A stretch of DNA of 64,000 bases from Octopus sinensis (Eukaryota): contig NC_043003.1 in the NCBI RefSeq assembly GCF_006345805.1, forward strand, positions 38,440,001-38,504,000, written 5' to 3'. Both the position numbers and the translations under genes were made by a program. How positions within the stretch are numbered: position 1 is the stretch's first letter; every line of letters starts with the position of its first letter. The notes beneath the pieces were generated by a model. It was given only the letters and a program-made list of their open reading frames with translations. It was not told where the DNA came from and made no database searches. Shown here piece after piece: positions 49,546-63,435 of the stretch.

Positions 49546-50214
49546 ATTTACAAAAAAACAAAAGATGAAGACGGGTGTGTAGAAAACAAACAGCTGTATT
49601 AGTTTAACACTCGGGAATTGAGAAAGTTTTTTACGTTTCGAGCCTACGCTCTTCAACAGAAAGGAACACAGAAAGAAACAGGGAGAGAAAATAAAAAAAA
49701 GGTTTAGTGGCTAGCGATCTATCATGGCGAATGCCGGACACACACACACACACATATATATATTCACACACACACACGCACACATGTGTGTAAGATATAT
49801 AATTTTCACACCAAGGCAGATAGGAAAAAGGCAGAAGAAAAGGTCAGTAAAATTTATTCAACCAACAATATAACTGCAGTGAAATGCTAAAGTAAAAATA
49901 ACAGACAACTAAACAAAACAGAACACAACAAAAAAAAATTAATAAAAAAAAACAAAGAGAAATGAACAAAAATTAAGATGGCTGTCAAAAACTAGGAACA
50001 AAACTAGAGATCTTATTGTTGTCCCTGCCTTCCCACCACACAATGGGAAGTGGTATGTAGTGAACTGATACAGGGAGTGGTGTGGCATACACATCACACA
50101 CATACATACATGCATACATACATACATACACACAGAGTTACATCATGTTGAGGTTGTTTCACTTCCGCAAACCTTAGAAAATGGTGCTGCTAGAGTGTTT
50201 GTGTGTGAGAATGA

Positions 50215-50275
<61 letters not shown>

Positions 50276-50559
50276 TTATATATGTGTGTGTGTGAGTGTA
50301 TAATATATATTATATTAAATTATATCATAGTATATTATATATAACATAAGTGGTGTGTAGGTATGTAATCCTATTGCACCAGCAGCTGGAGAAAGGTCAA
50401 GGGAAAGTAGCTCCAAACATCATCCACTTAGCACAGCCTCTGAACAAGAAATCACACACTTGTCAGGAAAATCCACTGAGCAACTGAATAAGTAAATAAT
50501 ATGAAAAAAATCCTCAGACTTGTCATGTGGAATATACAAACATTTCTTGATATTAGCTA

Positions 50560-51200
50560 TGGGACAGACTGATCCTAGCATAGGACAGCTCTTGTAGATA
50601 GTGAGCTTTGAGGCTATACTGTTGCATTCAATAAGACCAGACTACTTGGAGGGGGCCCACACTGAGAGTAAACATCCCAAATATGGAGTTAACCTTGCTG
50701 TGAGAGACAGTCAGCTGTTCAAACTGACTGAGGCACTGATTGGCATCAGTGAATATCTAATGTCACTTTGCATTCTCCTTGATGAGAAACAAGGTGATAG
50801 TTTACTATGTGTCAATGCCATAGCCTTAATGAAACACTAAGTCAGGCACTGACTAAGATCCCATCACTTACCGGCACACTAACAAACTATTTTAAAGTAA
50901 GAGCAGGAACGAATGAAGAAACCTGCAACAGGGTGGTCAAAGACCACGGTGTTGAGACATATTAACCCTTTAACAGTGGAAGACCTCATGCCTTGCTGCT
51001 CACTTTGACAGTCTTAGTGTTGAAAGGAGAAACTGAAGACATGGAAGAGAAACACACCTAGCACCATCAGGAGAAGCAAGAGAAGAGGAATGCATGCAAG
51101 GTTACAACTGCCTCCTCCAAGCAAGCATTTACAGGCTCTGTCTTCAACCAAAGCTATTCAACAAAGACTGAAAATATATATTATCATCAAGTGATCCACA
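50560..51200 (+). mobile_element. Highly decayed LINE fragment, probably an RTE 3' part
   Basis: Only weak post-RT-like peptide remnants are readable. Confidence 0.3.
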
Positions 51201-53026
51201 AACGAAAGAGGAAATGGTCCTCATTGCTTCAATGGGCAACCAGAAACAAGTAGTGTAAGTGGATGTGTGTGTGTGTGTGTGGATGTGTGTGTGTTTGTGA
51301 AAGAGATAGAGAGAGAGAGAGAGGAAGAAAGAGAGATGGGAGGGGACAAGAAAGGTGGTGGTAAAAGTTAACAGTTAGGAACAAGAGAAGTAAAAAGAGG
51401 AAAAAGTAAGAAGATTGCAAAAAAGAAAATAAAAAGGAAAAGGAAAACAAAAACTGGGAGTGAAAGAGATGAATACACGTACACTGATATACACATACAC
51501 ACGTGTATGCAAATATAATTTAGAGCAAGAGAAAAGAATAGAGGCAGAAAGAGCAAGACAGAGATGAAAAGATGAAGCTAGGAGAAAGAGAAGAGATAAG
51601 GAAGCAGCTTGTAGAAAGCAAGGAAGAGCTGTGATGCTGGATTGTTGTTCACCATTTTTGGATTTTCAGTCAATTTTTTTAAAAATTTATTTATTTATTT
51701 ATTTATTCATTCAGTTGTTTTTCCTCTTCAAATTGTTTTTATTTGTTTTGTTTTTTTTTCTCTGACTTTTAGCTAGGACTGTGTTGCAGTAAAAGTGCAG
51801 AAGACAGAAACAGCTGCAACAAAAGCGACTGCATGCCAGATGGACGTCAATACAGAAATGTTTCTTCCTAGTGAAACAAGATAGGGAACGGGGTGGGAGA
51901 AGGATTATATACATATGTGTGTGTGTATATGTATGAGTGTGTGTGTGTGTATGTGTGTGCACATACACAATATGCACGTATGTGTGTTCCTCCAAACATT
52001 ATGAAGGTGCTCTCATCAATTTCAGCTATTACTTCACTCTCCAACATGCCAAAGGCAACCATCTAATCTGTACAACATGGCCATAGACAATCAACAATAT
52101 AACAGGCCAGAGGGGGAAGTAGCTTCTGACATGAGTAGATCTATAACTGTTCCTAGTGGAAGTGTATAGATGGGAAATAACACAAGAAGCTCCATGGAAT
52201 GACATCTTGACTGATCAAAGAAACTAGAAAAACAACATCGACATCTTTGGTACACTAAGACAATCTGGTATCAAAATTTTACTATATATGTTCATACATT
52301 TGAATGTTCCTCCATTCTTAATCAGACGAGATGCAGCACTTCACACATGCTACCTTAAGAGCAGCTGAACAAGCCTCAAAATAAATACACAACTAAAAGT
52401 CCGGATGACAGCAGACTATGAGAGAAAGGTTAGCATCGTTTTTCCAAAATGGAAGAGTTTATGAATGCCACTGATTCTGCTTGGTTTACAGAGACAGTTA
52501 AGTATTATTTGAAGTGACTCCAGATCTGAAGTAGCATAGTTGTGACATGGATTGGTAACAAATTGCCACAGGATATGATTAGATCAAAACAATGGCAATG
52601 CTCTTGGAAATGCAATATCGTTTCTTTTGCAGGAACATGAGCGAAGGCTCTAAGTCCAATCCCATTCTTTTTCCTTCCAAGTTGAGCTTACAGTAAAAAA
52701 ATTAGCTAGATTGAAGGAGTGCTGGATACCACTATGGGCAGAATAGTCAACTCAGTTGCAATTGAAGACATTTCACTAACATGGATTAACTTTGGAACTC
52801 ACATAAATGATATATAATTAGTATGCACGTGTGTTTTTATTTATATATAAATATATATTAGTGTATGTAAGCTTTAATAGATAAACATAGTGGTTTGGTG
52901 GGGACAAGGGATTAGAGAGGGGTAGTAGGGGAGAGGGAGAAAATAGAAAGATACAGAGAGAAAGAGAGAGAGAAAGACATATATATGTATATATACATAT
53001 ATATATAGTGAGAGAAAGAGTTGCAG

Positions 53027-53447
53027 TTAGGTGTGGGTACCAGTTCTGTCTCTTCGCCGCCGAATTGTGTCGCGGTCAATTGTTTTCCTGTCATAGGCTT
53101 GGCCTAAAAATGCCATGAAGTCAATGAAAAATGTAGTGAGATTGATCCGCCAACCATATTCACTGGTCGCATAGTCTTGTGGGAAAGTGTGGTGGTAGTT
53201 GTGAAAGCCCTCACCCATGCTGCCAAGGCTAACACAGATGTTCTCAGCTGGGTTGATCCGCTTGTCATAGGGTCGATAACCCCACATGTGAGCAGCACTG
53301 TTCACTAGCCAGGTGGCATTCAAGCCACAGCAATAACGCAGGACACCAGCCAAAAAGTAAGCATTCCACAGGTTCTCATTCCAGAAAATGTAAGGAACTA
53401 GTGTTGGGATAGCGAAACAGAAGACGACGACCGACAGGGCATAATAT
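53027..53447 (-). CDS. SCD: Stearoyl-CoA desaturase, terminal exon with His box 3 (...TWLVNSAAH...GEGFHNYHHTFPQDY...RRRRDRTGTHT*)
   Basis: Acceptor CATTTCAG|A completes the phase-2 Lys; TWLVNSAAH and EGFHNYHH motifs; TAA at 53029-53027. Confidence 0.94.
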
Positions 53448-53843
53448 CTGAAATGAGACAAGTAGAAGAAATAATAAAAGAGAAAACATTAATACAAATT
53501 TAAAGGTCTGGAGGAAATAAATTTTCAAAACTGTCAACAGGAGTCATAACCTAGTATCCTACAATCAGATGTGGTTTTGGGCACTTAGCATGACATGAAC
53601 TGACCTGCCATCATTTGTAACATACTACCAAAATTCTTTTTTGTTTTTTCTGCAAATAAACTCAAGGACTCAGTGATTCGTGCTTTTCTCAAGCACAGGA
53701 AGAATGTTAATAATCAGTCCTAACCATTGTACATGTTATTCATTCATTCAATATAAGAGAGATTGTAAACAAACTAGTTTTATATATCAATTGTTGAAAG
53801 TGAGCCTTTTGCAGTTAAATTTAGGAGAAACAATGTCATAGAA

Positions 53844-54041
53844 CAGTGGTTCCCAAACCTTTTAGAGTCGCGGCCCACTATTTATCACACCAGTTTATGA
53901 TGACTCACTTAACTCTACTGAACTATCTCGATAGACAGCAGTTAATCAAAGCTAATGCGTAATTTTATAACTCTTTGCGACCCACTAAGATTCCGTTCGC
54001 GACCCACAGATGGGTCGTGACTCATAGTTTGGGAACCACTG
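53844..54041. mobile_element. hAT/Charlie-type MITE in an SCD intron
   Basis: TIRs CAGTGGTTCCCAAAC and GTTTGGGAACCACTG; perfect 8-bp TSD TCATAGAA. Confidence 0.93.
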
Positions 54042-55268
54042 TCATAGAAGATAGTCTAAGACATCAGTCCTAGTTAACTACTGGAAACCATTTTATTGAA
54101 AACAAGTGGATTTCTTCTTATAGCACAGAACCAAATGAAATCTAAATACAGTAAAATGCTTTAACACTGGCATGGACAACCTTTTTTGAGCAGTGGGTAA
54201 CACAAGGCATGGCTTATAATCAACCAAGCCACACTACTAAAAAAACATTCAAGGTAATTTTTTTTTGGCATGCCATCCAGGAATCCCTACAGACTGCAGT
54301 TTGCCTATGACTGCTTTAGCCTTTTGTTCTATTGTATAAAGGAGCTTTGGATTTATGTTGGGGCAACAGAGAATGTATGAAGATATAGACTAACAATCCA
54401 AGATACTCATATATTATCAATTCAGCTATAAATATTGAAATACACAAGCTTTCCAAGGGAGATAATTTCAATTTGTAAACTCTTTCGCACCATTCCTCAC
54501 ACCATTGTATTCAGAGTTTTGCTAATTCGAATATTTCTAAGTTGAAGTAAGATTGTTTATTTGAGCATCAGATAGAAAGCTTCGAGATATTCTTTCAGGT
54601 TCACTGTGCTCTGAGTTCGAATCACGTTGAGGTCAACTGTGCCTTTTATCCTTTTTGAGTGGATAAATAAAGCACCACTTAAATACTGGAGGGGCATGTT
54701 TTAATTCTCTTCTCTCTTTCACACACTTCCCCACAAGAAGAAATAAGTTGTGTTCAAACCTGGAAAGAGACAGGCTTCAAGTTTAAAAAGATGAAAATGT
54801 GCCACATATCACACCTCCATCAGGAGTTAAGGAGCCCCACCATCACCACGACTATATAATTTCTAGCAAACGATTTTACATCTAGATGTTTGTGTTGTCA
54901 TTAACAATTATCTCACACTTAAGTAATTGCTACAAGTTGAAAGGGAAATAGAAACCTAACGATGGGCAACTGGGGGAACAACAGTAAGATGTCAAGGTGC
55001 AAAAAACCACATATCTCTGTTGATGGGATTAAAAGCAGATATTCCACTGACAAATTCAACAGAACATATTCCATGCCAAAAAGAAGAACTGATTTTTTTT
55101 AAAGCATCTAATTTTTTTTTTATTCCCCCAGACATCACTGCCAAAAAATAGGCTGACAGAGCTAAATGTAAGTAGTTCCCTCTAAATATGTGTGGGTTGA
55201 CCATCAAGAGCTGCCATTTTGATTAAGACAAAAAAAAAAAGTAAAAACAAAAAGATTTTAGGACTTAC

Positions 55269-55474
55269 TTCCTTTGGAAATGAACAACTGGATCATTTAA
55301 CAGGTCATTGGTGTCCAGTAATTTACCTTTGGCTGTGACATCAGGATGTTTGCGTACAAGTAACCAGCCAACGTGAGAAAAGAAGAAGCCCCTTTTAGCG
55401 TTGTGAGGGTCAGCATCAGTTTCTGAATACTTATGGTGAACTCTGTGGTCTCGGCTCCAGTCATAAATATCATT
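55269..55474 (-). CDS. SCD: Stearoyl-CoA desaturase, internal exon with His box 2 (NDIYDWSRDHRVHHKYSETDADPHNAKRGFFFSHVGWLLVRKHPDV...FQRK)
   Basis: HRVHH box and DADPHNA-RGFFFSH-GWL motifs; acceptor TTGCAG|AAT; donor GAA|GTAAGT, phase 2; 206 nt. Confidence 0.96.
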
Positions 55475-56094
55475 CTGCAACAGAACAAATGCTAATGAGC
55501 AATCAATGATACATCAACATTATTTAAATGATCTCACCTGACTAGGGTTCACCCCTTAATGCAAACAGTCAATTATTTACCCTGAGACCGTAGTAGATAG
55601 AAAGTTCATTAAAATCTTAACTGTTCAAAACCAGAAATAGTGCAACAAAGATTTCAAAATTTTAAAACCAAATATTCCTCACTAAAATCATGAGAATAAT
55701 ATCAAACCACAACACCAAAATGCTTCTAAATAAGTCAACTTACTAATGCAACAGCCAAATCTTTCCTCTTTAATATCCCAAATAACTTATTTTCAACTCA
55801 TAATTCCACTATAGGCAGTGATAAAAACATGACCAGCGGATGGCAGTTTTTATATAACATCATTAAAAGGAGGATTCTATAATCTTAGCCCCAAATTTGT
55901 TTACATCCTGTTCTCCATGTTATCATAGTTTGAATCATTCTGAAGACTCATACAACTACATCAACTGGTGTACAGAAATAGGTTGCTTTCCTTTATAATA
56001 CAAATTGCATCACTACCAATTTGGTAAATTGAAACAGTAGTGGTGTATCTCAGCCCAGGACTCAACTAGCCAGGGTATTATTTATTCTTACTGT

Positions 56095-56460
56095 TCGCAT
56101 GGCTGTGTGGTAGGAGCTTGCTTCCTAACCACATGGTTCTGGGTTCAGTCCCACTGCATGGCACCTTGGGAAAGTGTTTTCTACTATACTTTCAGGCCAA
56201 TCAAAACCTTGTAAGTGGATATGATAGATGAAAACTGAAAGAAGCCCGTCATATGTGTGTGCGTGTGATCACCACCACTTGACAGCTGGTGTTAGTGTGT
56301 TTACATCCCTGTAACTTAGCAGTTCAGCAAAAAAGACCAATAGAGCAAGGATATGCTTTAAAAAAATGAGTTCTAAGGACGATTTCTTCAACTAAAGCTC
56401 TTCAAGGCAGTGCCCCAACATGGCCACAGTCAAATGGCTAAAACAAGTTAAAGACAAAAA
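56095..56460 (+). mobile_element. SINE family B (older copy)
   Basis: Head, core and tail are recognisable but diverged. Confidence 0.8.
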
Positions 56461-57278
56461 AAGCTTCTACTTCAGGTATGGGTAGCTTTTTCCAAGAAGT
56501 GGGCCACATGAAACATGGTTCATTATCTGGCAGACTACACTCCTAAAAATGTGAAGGCAATTTTTCACTGATGTGCCATTCAGAAAGTCCTGCAGGCTAT
56601 AATTTCCCCATGACTGTTCAATACTGTTGCTTAAACTGCTAGAAACAGCAGTAAAATCACTCTCAAATCACATCATCATCTTTGACAATGGAAGAACAAA
56701 TTAGATTAAAGTAATCCTAAATATACTACGTCTGAAAATAAGAGAGGCTGGGCATAGCAAAATGCCTTTGATTATAGGTCTACTGGATCAGGGCTGAAGT
56801 ATGGCTAAACAACAACCTACTGATTCATATTTGTATAAGTCATCAAAGGATTGGTGAAACAAGAGGGATTAAAGTTACTGATGAATACAGAACTAACTAA
56901 TGCTTATCTTCTTGCTTATATCACTGAGGGAACACACTAACACAGAAAGGTAGTAGATAGAAAGGAGAAATAAAGAGTTGCCTTTACATCACTGTCCAGT
57001 GTTCAACCACAAAACTCCAGCTCCCTAATCAGAATCACAATGTACATGTGGGTTTCATTGCGACTAATTGACATACAATTACTATTACACTTATTATGTG
57101 ACAGCAATCATACAGGATGTCACTAATCAGATAGAATACAGTTAAACCCCAAACCGATGGAAGAATAAAAGAGAAATATTCAATCTTAGAGGTCAGACAT
57201 ACAAATAGATTAAAAGTTTTTAATTGATTAAGAACAACCATAATTAGAAAACATAGCAAGAGGTAATGTAAGTGCTAC

Positions 57279-57409
57279 CTGGAATGCAGCTGATTGCATG
57301 GAAGCTAACAGTGCCCTCATTGGCAACTTGGCTTTATAAGCACGGTGTGCCCACAAGCGGTGTGAACCAGCTGTAATACCAATACCTGCATACATGTAAA
57401 CACATAAAC
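57279..57409 (-). CDS. SCD: Stearoyl-CoA (delta-9) desaturase, internal exon with His box 1 (LCVYMYAGIGITAGSHRLWAHRAYKAKLPMRALLASMQSAAFQ)
   Basis: Not in the ORF track; read manually on -. Acceptor TTTTTCAG|GT, donor CAG|GTAGCA; GITAG-HRLWxHR motif; 131 nt. Confidence 0.92.
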
Positions 57410-57593
57410 CTGAAAAACAGAAAAAAAATCAAGGATTAGATTTTTAAAAACACAAAACCTCTCAAAGGAAAAGATACTGACTTTAGTTGGGAGAAACAGG
57501 ACAAATATAATAAAACAGATATCATCACAAGAATCAATGAGCATACTTCTACATTGTACATGGTTGTTAAACCTGCATGATATTGCACCTAAA

Positions 57594-57982
57594 AGGAGTG
57601 GCTGTGTGGTAAGTAGCTTACCAACCAACCACATGGTTCCGGGTTCAGTCCCACTGCGTGGCATCTTGGGCAAGTGTCTTCTACTATAGCCTCGGGCCGA
57701 CCAATGCCTTGTGAGTGGATTTGGTAGACGGAAACTGAAAGAAGCCTGTCGTATATGTATGTATATATGTATTTGTGTGTCTGTGTTTGTCCACCTAGCA
57801 TTTGCTTGACAACCGAGGCTGGTGTGTTTACATCCCCGTCACTTAGCAGTTCGGCAAAAGAGACCGATCGAATAAGTACTGGGCTTACAAAGAGTAAGTC
57901 CCGGGGTCGATTTGCTCGACTAAAGGCGGTGCTCCAGCATGGCCGCAGTCAAATGACTGAAACAAGTAAAAGAGTAAAAGAG
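57594..57982 (+). mobile_element. SINE family B
   Basis: Near-consensus full-length copy. Confidence 0.92.
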
Positions 57983-59360
57983 AGTATTCTGAATTAAAAT
58001 CTTGCTAGGGTTGATTTTTGCTCCTAGTTGAGTACTTTGTTTATTTACCCTGTACCACAAAAATTGTGGCATTGTGTTTTATGTTAGAAATCATCGTTAC
58101 TGTCATATTGAGGAAGATTGGGTCTCTGGATTAACTTGAGCAACATAACTGGCAATAATACTGACCAGCACCTTTCAGCTTTTCTGCTCATGCTTAAGTA
58201 ACCTTATAATATAAAATCATTTTACATAACTGGAATATAAAGACAGTGCTGCATATGGGTGGTAGTAATTGTCTTTAGCAATCAATAGCATAGGCAGAGA
58301 TGATTAAATAATTAAGAACAGCCCTCAGTAACATATCATAAAGAATAAAATGTGCTGTAAGCAGGCCTGCTTTGTATGTCATTGGCCTGTAAATTTTCTA
58401 GCTATAGTCATCTGGTTGTTATTATGTTTGTCTGGAGAATTAGATTTTAAAATAACCTAATCAAAAGATAGGCAATTTGCAAACAAAAAGAATTTAGATT
58501 CAATACTGTGCAGGTTGAGTACTGTGTAAAGGGCCTCCAAGTCTGATAGAGGCAATAGAGGGAGGGAGGAAGTCGTCTTCGGTTCAGTGACTTGTCTTGA
58601 ATGTTTCTAACAGCATAGTCTCCATTAAAAGCATCCAAGGGCCAAGTGACAGATTAAGTTGACCACCCAAGATAGTGAGGAAGGACATAAAGAGAGAGAG
58701 AGGGGGGGGGACAATGGGGAGAAGTAGGAAGTGAAGGTGAAATGTGAAGACAAGAATATATAGGAAAAACATAAGCTGGTTAATATGTTCTATCCTACAA
58801 ACACACACACACAGAGAAAAGCTGAAACACAAGCCAGTCAAGGATTATAGATAATAGATGATGAGCTAATAGCCACTTGTGGAGATCAAAACTGGATAAA
58901 CGAATGGTTCAATAAGTTACCATACATAATAGCACGTGACTTTTCTTTGTCACGTACACCTGATGAGAGGAAAGAGAAACTGTGGCAACATTTACCCAGA
59001 CGTTAACACTTGGGCCAGCTACCAGCAGAACACTCACAGTTTACTGGTCCACTACATCTTTATCATTGTCACTGTAGCCAGCTGTGAGAGACCTAACAAC
59101 ATGGCTAGGCTAACATATTGTTGCTGCTATTTTCCATTAAGCATGTATACTGGTTTAATTTCATCAGTAAGAAATTCAGCACTAACACTTTGATAGTTTA
59201 TATCAATTATTTATTTTGCTCAAGGCTATCATCAAGAGATGGATGCAGTATCGAGTTTCACTCAATATATCCACCTTTCCAGTTGGAAAAGTTTGCAGTA
59301 CAGCTGCTCACCAACCTTTATTTGGACTTTCAGCCGCTTGTCTATAAGATTCAGTATTAG

Positions 59361-59531
59361 GCATAGGAGGGGCTGTGTGGTAAGTAGCTTGCTTACTAAC
59401 CACATGGTTCCGGGTTCAGTCCAACTGCGTGGTACCTTAGGCAAGCGTCTTCAACTATAGCCTCGGGCCGACCAAAGCCTTGTGAGTGGATTTGGTAGAC
59501 GGAAACTGAAAGAAGCCCGTCGTATATATGT

Positions 59532-59575
<44 letters not shown>

Positions 59576-59768
59576 ATGTTTGTCCCCCCAAAATCGCTTG
59601 ACAACCGATGCTGGTGTGTTTATGTCCCCGTAACTTAGCGGTTCAGCAAAAAGAGACCGATAGAATAAGTACTAGGCTTACAAAGAATAAGTCCTGGGGT
59701 CGATTTGCTCGACTAAAGGTGGTGCTCCAGCAAGGCCATAGTCAAATGACAAACGAGTAAAAGAGTAA
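59361..59768 (+). mobile_element. SINE family B; an older copy lies at about 60410-60700
   Basis: Near-consensus full-length copy. Confidence 0.92.
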
Positions 59769-62744
59769 CTCTCGAAATAGTGGAGTTGGATCTGACCATA
59801 CTAACTCTCTTCCCTATCTGGTTTAGTCACATTACTTTTCTATGTCACTATTTGCCATAATTTCATATTTATTTTTACCAATGTTGCATCCTTCCCCCTT
59901 TCACAGTGTCTAAACCCTCTGATACTCAGCATGTTTCTTAACACTGTGGACTTATTTTTGTGGACAGAGAGATCACAGCACCTAAATGACATTAGGTGCT
60001 GTAAGCATCAATTTGAGATAGAAATTCATAAAACCCATTGCTGTAACTTGAACCCGAAATCTACTGCTTGGCAACAGATCAGATTACCAAATACACTACA
60101 GAACATCTGCAATTCCATCCCATATCTGATGCAGTATTAAATTCTGTCATTATGACTGCATTAACTTGTCCTCTCAACATAACAGTGGTGTCAACTTAGC
60201 ACTAAGAGCACAGGCTATTCTACCTGTCTATGAAATAGTTTATCATACCTAATACAAAAATGTTGTATGGTAGGGCCCACTAGTGCAGTTGGCAATGTGA
60301 TCACACCACAAATGATACGAGCTTTGAGCCCTGTTTTCTTTTCCTGTCTCAAATTTGTGTTCATGTTTTTTAGTCTTTCATCTTGGTTTTTGCTCTCTCT
60401 CTCTGCCAGGTATAGGTATGGCTGTTGTGGTGGTGAAGCTCACTTCACAACCATGTGGTTTCACATTTAGTCCTACGGCATAATACTTCGGGCAAATGTT
60501 TTCTACTATAGCTCCAGGGTAAACAATGCCTTGTGAGTGGATTTTGTAGACAGAAATTGTATGAAAAGAGGGTGGGAGGAGGGAAGAAGGGAATGAGGGG
60601 GAGTGAGTGTGTGTGGTCCACCCACCTTTTGACAACTGATGTTGGTTTGTTTAATTTGTAATTCTCAGCAAAAGAGACCAGTAGAACAAGTGGACCAAAG
60701 ACATTCCAGCTGAGACACTCCTACATTTTATTCAGCCATAACAAATATATCTAGGACTACAATACCCAAAGTACTTTTCAATTTTTATTTCTAATTATCT
60801 GTTATAATCATATATTACTAAACATTATTGTTTCTTCATACCTAAAAATTTCCTGTGGTACTCTCATCTTCAGCCTAATCAACTACACCCATAAACAAAG
60901 GCATTCCAGGTGTGAACATCCTAGACATATCAAGGACAGCAAATCCCAATGTTAATTGAGATTTGGCTGCTGTTTCTAGCCAGTCGAACAACAGAACAGA
61001 TATTCCCTTGTTGACAGATTATCCATTAGGCTGGGAACTTTCTACTGAATCAAGTTCACAGAAGGTGCTGTATTATATAAATAAGTATATTTGTGGCTTG
61101 TACCAAGTCAACAGCTGCACAAAACTGATGCATTTGTAACATTTAACACCCACAAGGATAACAATGATTAATAAATATATTTACATATCTTAAATTCATA
61201 ACCAAATACCGAGTTGTCATAGAAAAAATTCCAATAAACAAAAAAGACTAGGTGGGAAAAAAAAACAACTCACAAATAAAATTCAAAAACAAACAATGTT
61301 ACATATTCAATTTCAATGTCATTTCAATAAATACCTAAGAGTATAGTGGGGCCTGAAAAGAGATAATTATGGAACTAAATTAGCATCCTCCTCACACATT
61401 TTCAGTAGCTATGACAATTAACAGACCATTACATTTTTACTCATAATCCATGCATGACATTAAATTTCATCTTGTCTACTACAGCTGTTTTCCAGATAAC
61501 AATCTCATTAAGACCCATCCCTGGTAAATATATCTGGAAACCCAAATCAATAATAAATTGAATAATAACTTGTTTGAAGGTCATACACAGTGTGTGAGTG
61601 TGTGTGTGCATGTAGTAATCGACAAAACCAAACACTGCTGTAATTCAATACAGTCACAGACAAGTCACATGCTGTCTAGCTGTCTCTTTCTTTCTCTCAC
61701 ATGTAAACAACATCATCATCATCAACCTCTGGATATTAGAGTCTTGAGTCCTTGGACTTATAGGGTCAGTTACCCAGGTTTCAAAGCACACCCGTGCTCA
61801 ACATCACAACATTTACCCTTGAACGGGATGTCAGTCCACTGCAGAGTTACTCACTGACAGAGTGGAGTTAACAGGAGCAACATGAAATGAAGTGTTTTGA
61901 TCAAGAGTACAATGCACCTCCTGGTCCAGAAATTGAAAACCTGATATTGCAATCGTGCAACACCCTAGCCATTAGGCCATGTAACTCGTTTTTCTTCTAA
62001 TATTTTGATTTTGAACAAACAACTACACACTTAAACCAGATAATCAGATAGCACCCAGCTATCACTGTCATTCTTGTATCATGAGGTGACATGGCACAAG
62101 TAGAACAATGCTAGAACATAGCCAAGAGATACTTCATGTGGTGTCTATTACCAGCTGTCTGTTCAACCAAGACTGACAAGACTAGCATAGCAGTAATGTT
62201 CCTACTTTATCAAAACCATCTTTAAAAAAAATAGAAGAGGAAGGATATATTTGGTAATATAATCCAGGCAAGCTGGCAGAATCATTAGCATGCAGGGTAA
62301 AATCTTAGCAGCATTTCATCCGCTTTTATGCTCTGAGTTCAAGTTCTGCCGAGGTCGACTTTGCTTTTCATCCTTTCAGGGTTGATAAAAATGAATATCA
62401 ATTGAGTACTGGGGTTGATATAAACGACTTCCTCATCCTTTGAAATTGCTGGCCTTGTACAAAATTTGAAACCAATATAATCCTGGATATAAAAAAGACC
62501 TGGATTGTCAAGTTTGGAATGTCTTTAGCCACAGAATTACTCAATCAGGAATTATTTCAGATTCAGACAAGTGTAGAAGCAAAGTATATCAAACATATGA
62601 AACATTTAGCTATGAGGAAATAACTGTTAAACAACACACAATTATAACAGACACTATATACTTCTAACAGAGTTTATATTAACCAGAAAAGTGGGCAATA
62701 AAATGATGATGATCATCCTCATCATTATAAATCAAAATATAGGC

Positions 62745-63435
62745 ATAAGCGTGGCCATGGGGTAAGAAGCTTGCTTTCCAGCCACATTGCGTGGCGTTCG
62801 ATTTCACTATGTGACATTTTGAGCAAATGTCTTCTTCTATAGTCTCAGGTCAACCAAAGCCTTGTCAGTGGATTTGGCAGATGGAAACATTTAACGTGTG
62901 TTGTCCATGCTGTCATGGGTTGGACAGTGTGACCAGAGCTGGCAAGCTGCACCAGACTCCAGTCTGATTTGGCATGGTTTCTACAGCTGGATGCTCTTCC
63001 TAATGCCAAACACTTTAGAGTGTGCTGGGTGTTTACACATGGCACCACATGGGCACTTTTATGTAGCACTGCATGGATGCTTTTATGTGTCGCCACATGG
63101 GCACTTTTGCGTGTTGATGCACGGGCGCTTTTGTGTGTTGCTGCATGGGCGCTTTTGTGTTTTGCTGCATGGGTGCTTTTATGTGGCATGACCACGAATG
63201 CTTTACACCACCATATATATATATATGTGTCTGTTTGTTCCCCCTCCTCCACTGCTTGACAACTGGTGCTGGTGTTTACCTCTCCATAACTTAGCAGTTC
63301 AGCAAAAGACACTGATAGAATAAGTACCAAGCTTTAAAAAAATAAGCACTGGGGGTCAATACATTCGACTAAAAATTCAAGGTGCTGCCCAAGCATAGCC
63401 ACAGTCTAACGACTGAAACAAGTGAAAGATAAAAG
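62745..63435 (+). mobile_element. Composite SINE B carrying an inserted second repeat and a 24-bp minisatellite
   Basis: SINE B head (62745-62890), an unrelated segment containing TTGGCATGGTTTCTACAGCTGGATG, about 6 GCATGGGCRCTTTT units, then the SINE B tail (63210-63435). Confidence 0.75.

Noticed and set aside
48414-49656. ORFs of 260-381 aa on both strands
   Set aside because: They are translations of a CA/TA-based minisatellite (His/Ile/Tyr/Thr or Val/Cys/Met repeats), with no protein signal or splice context.
38244-53027. Functional coupling of the two convergent genes (serine and lipid metabolism)
   Set aside because: Adjacency about 15 kb apart in a eukaryote is not evidence of an operon-like system; no shared regulatory feature is visible.
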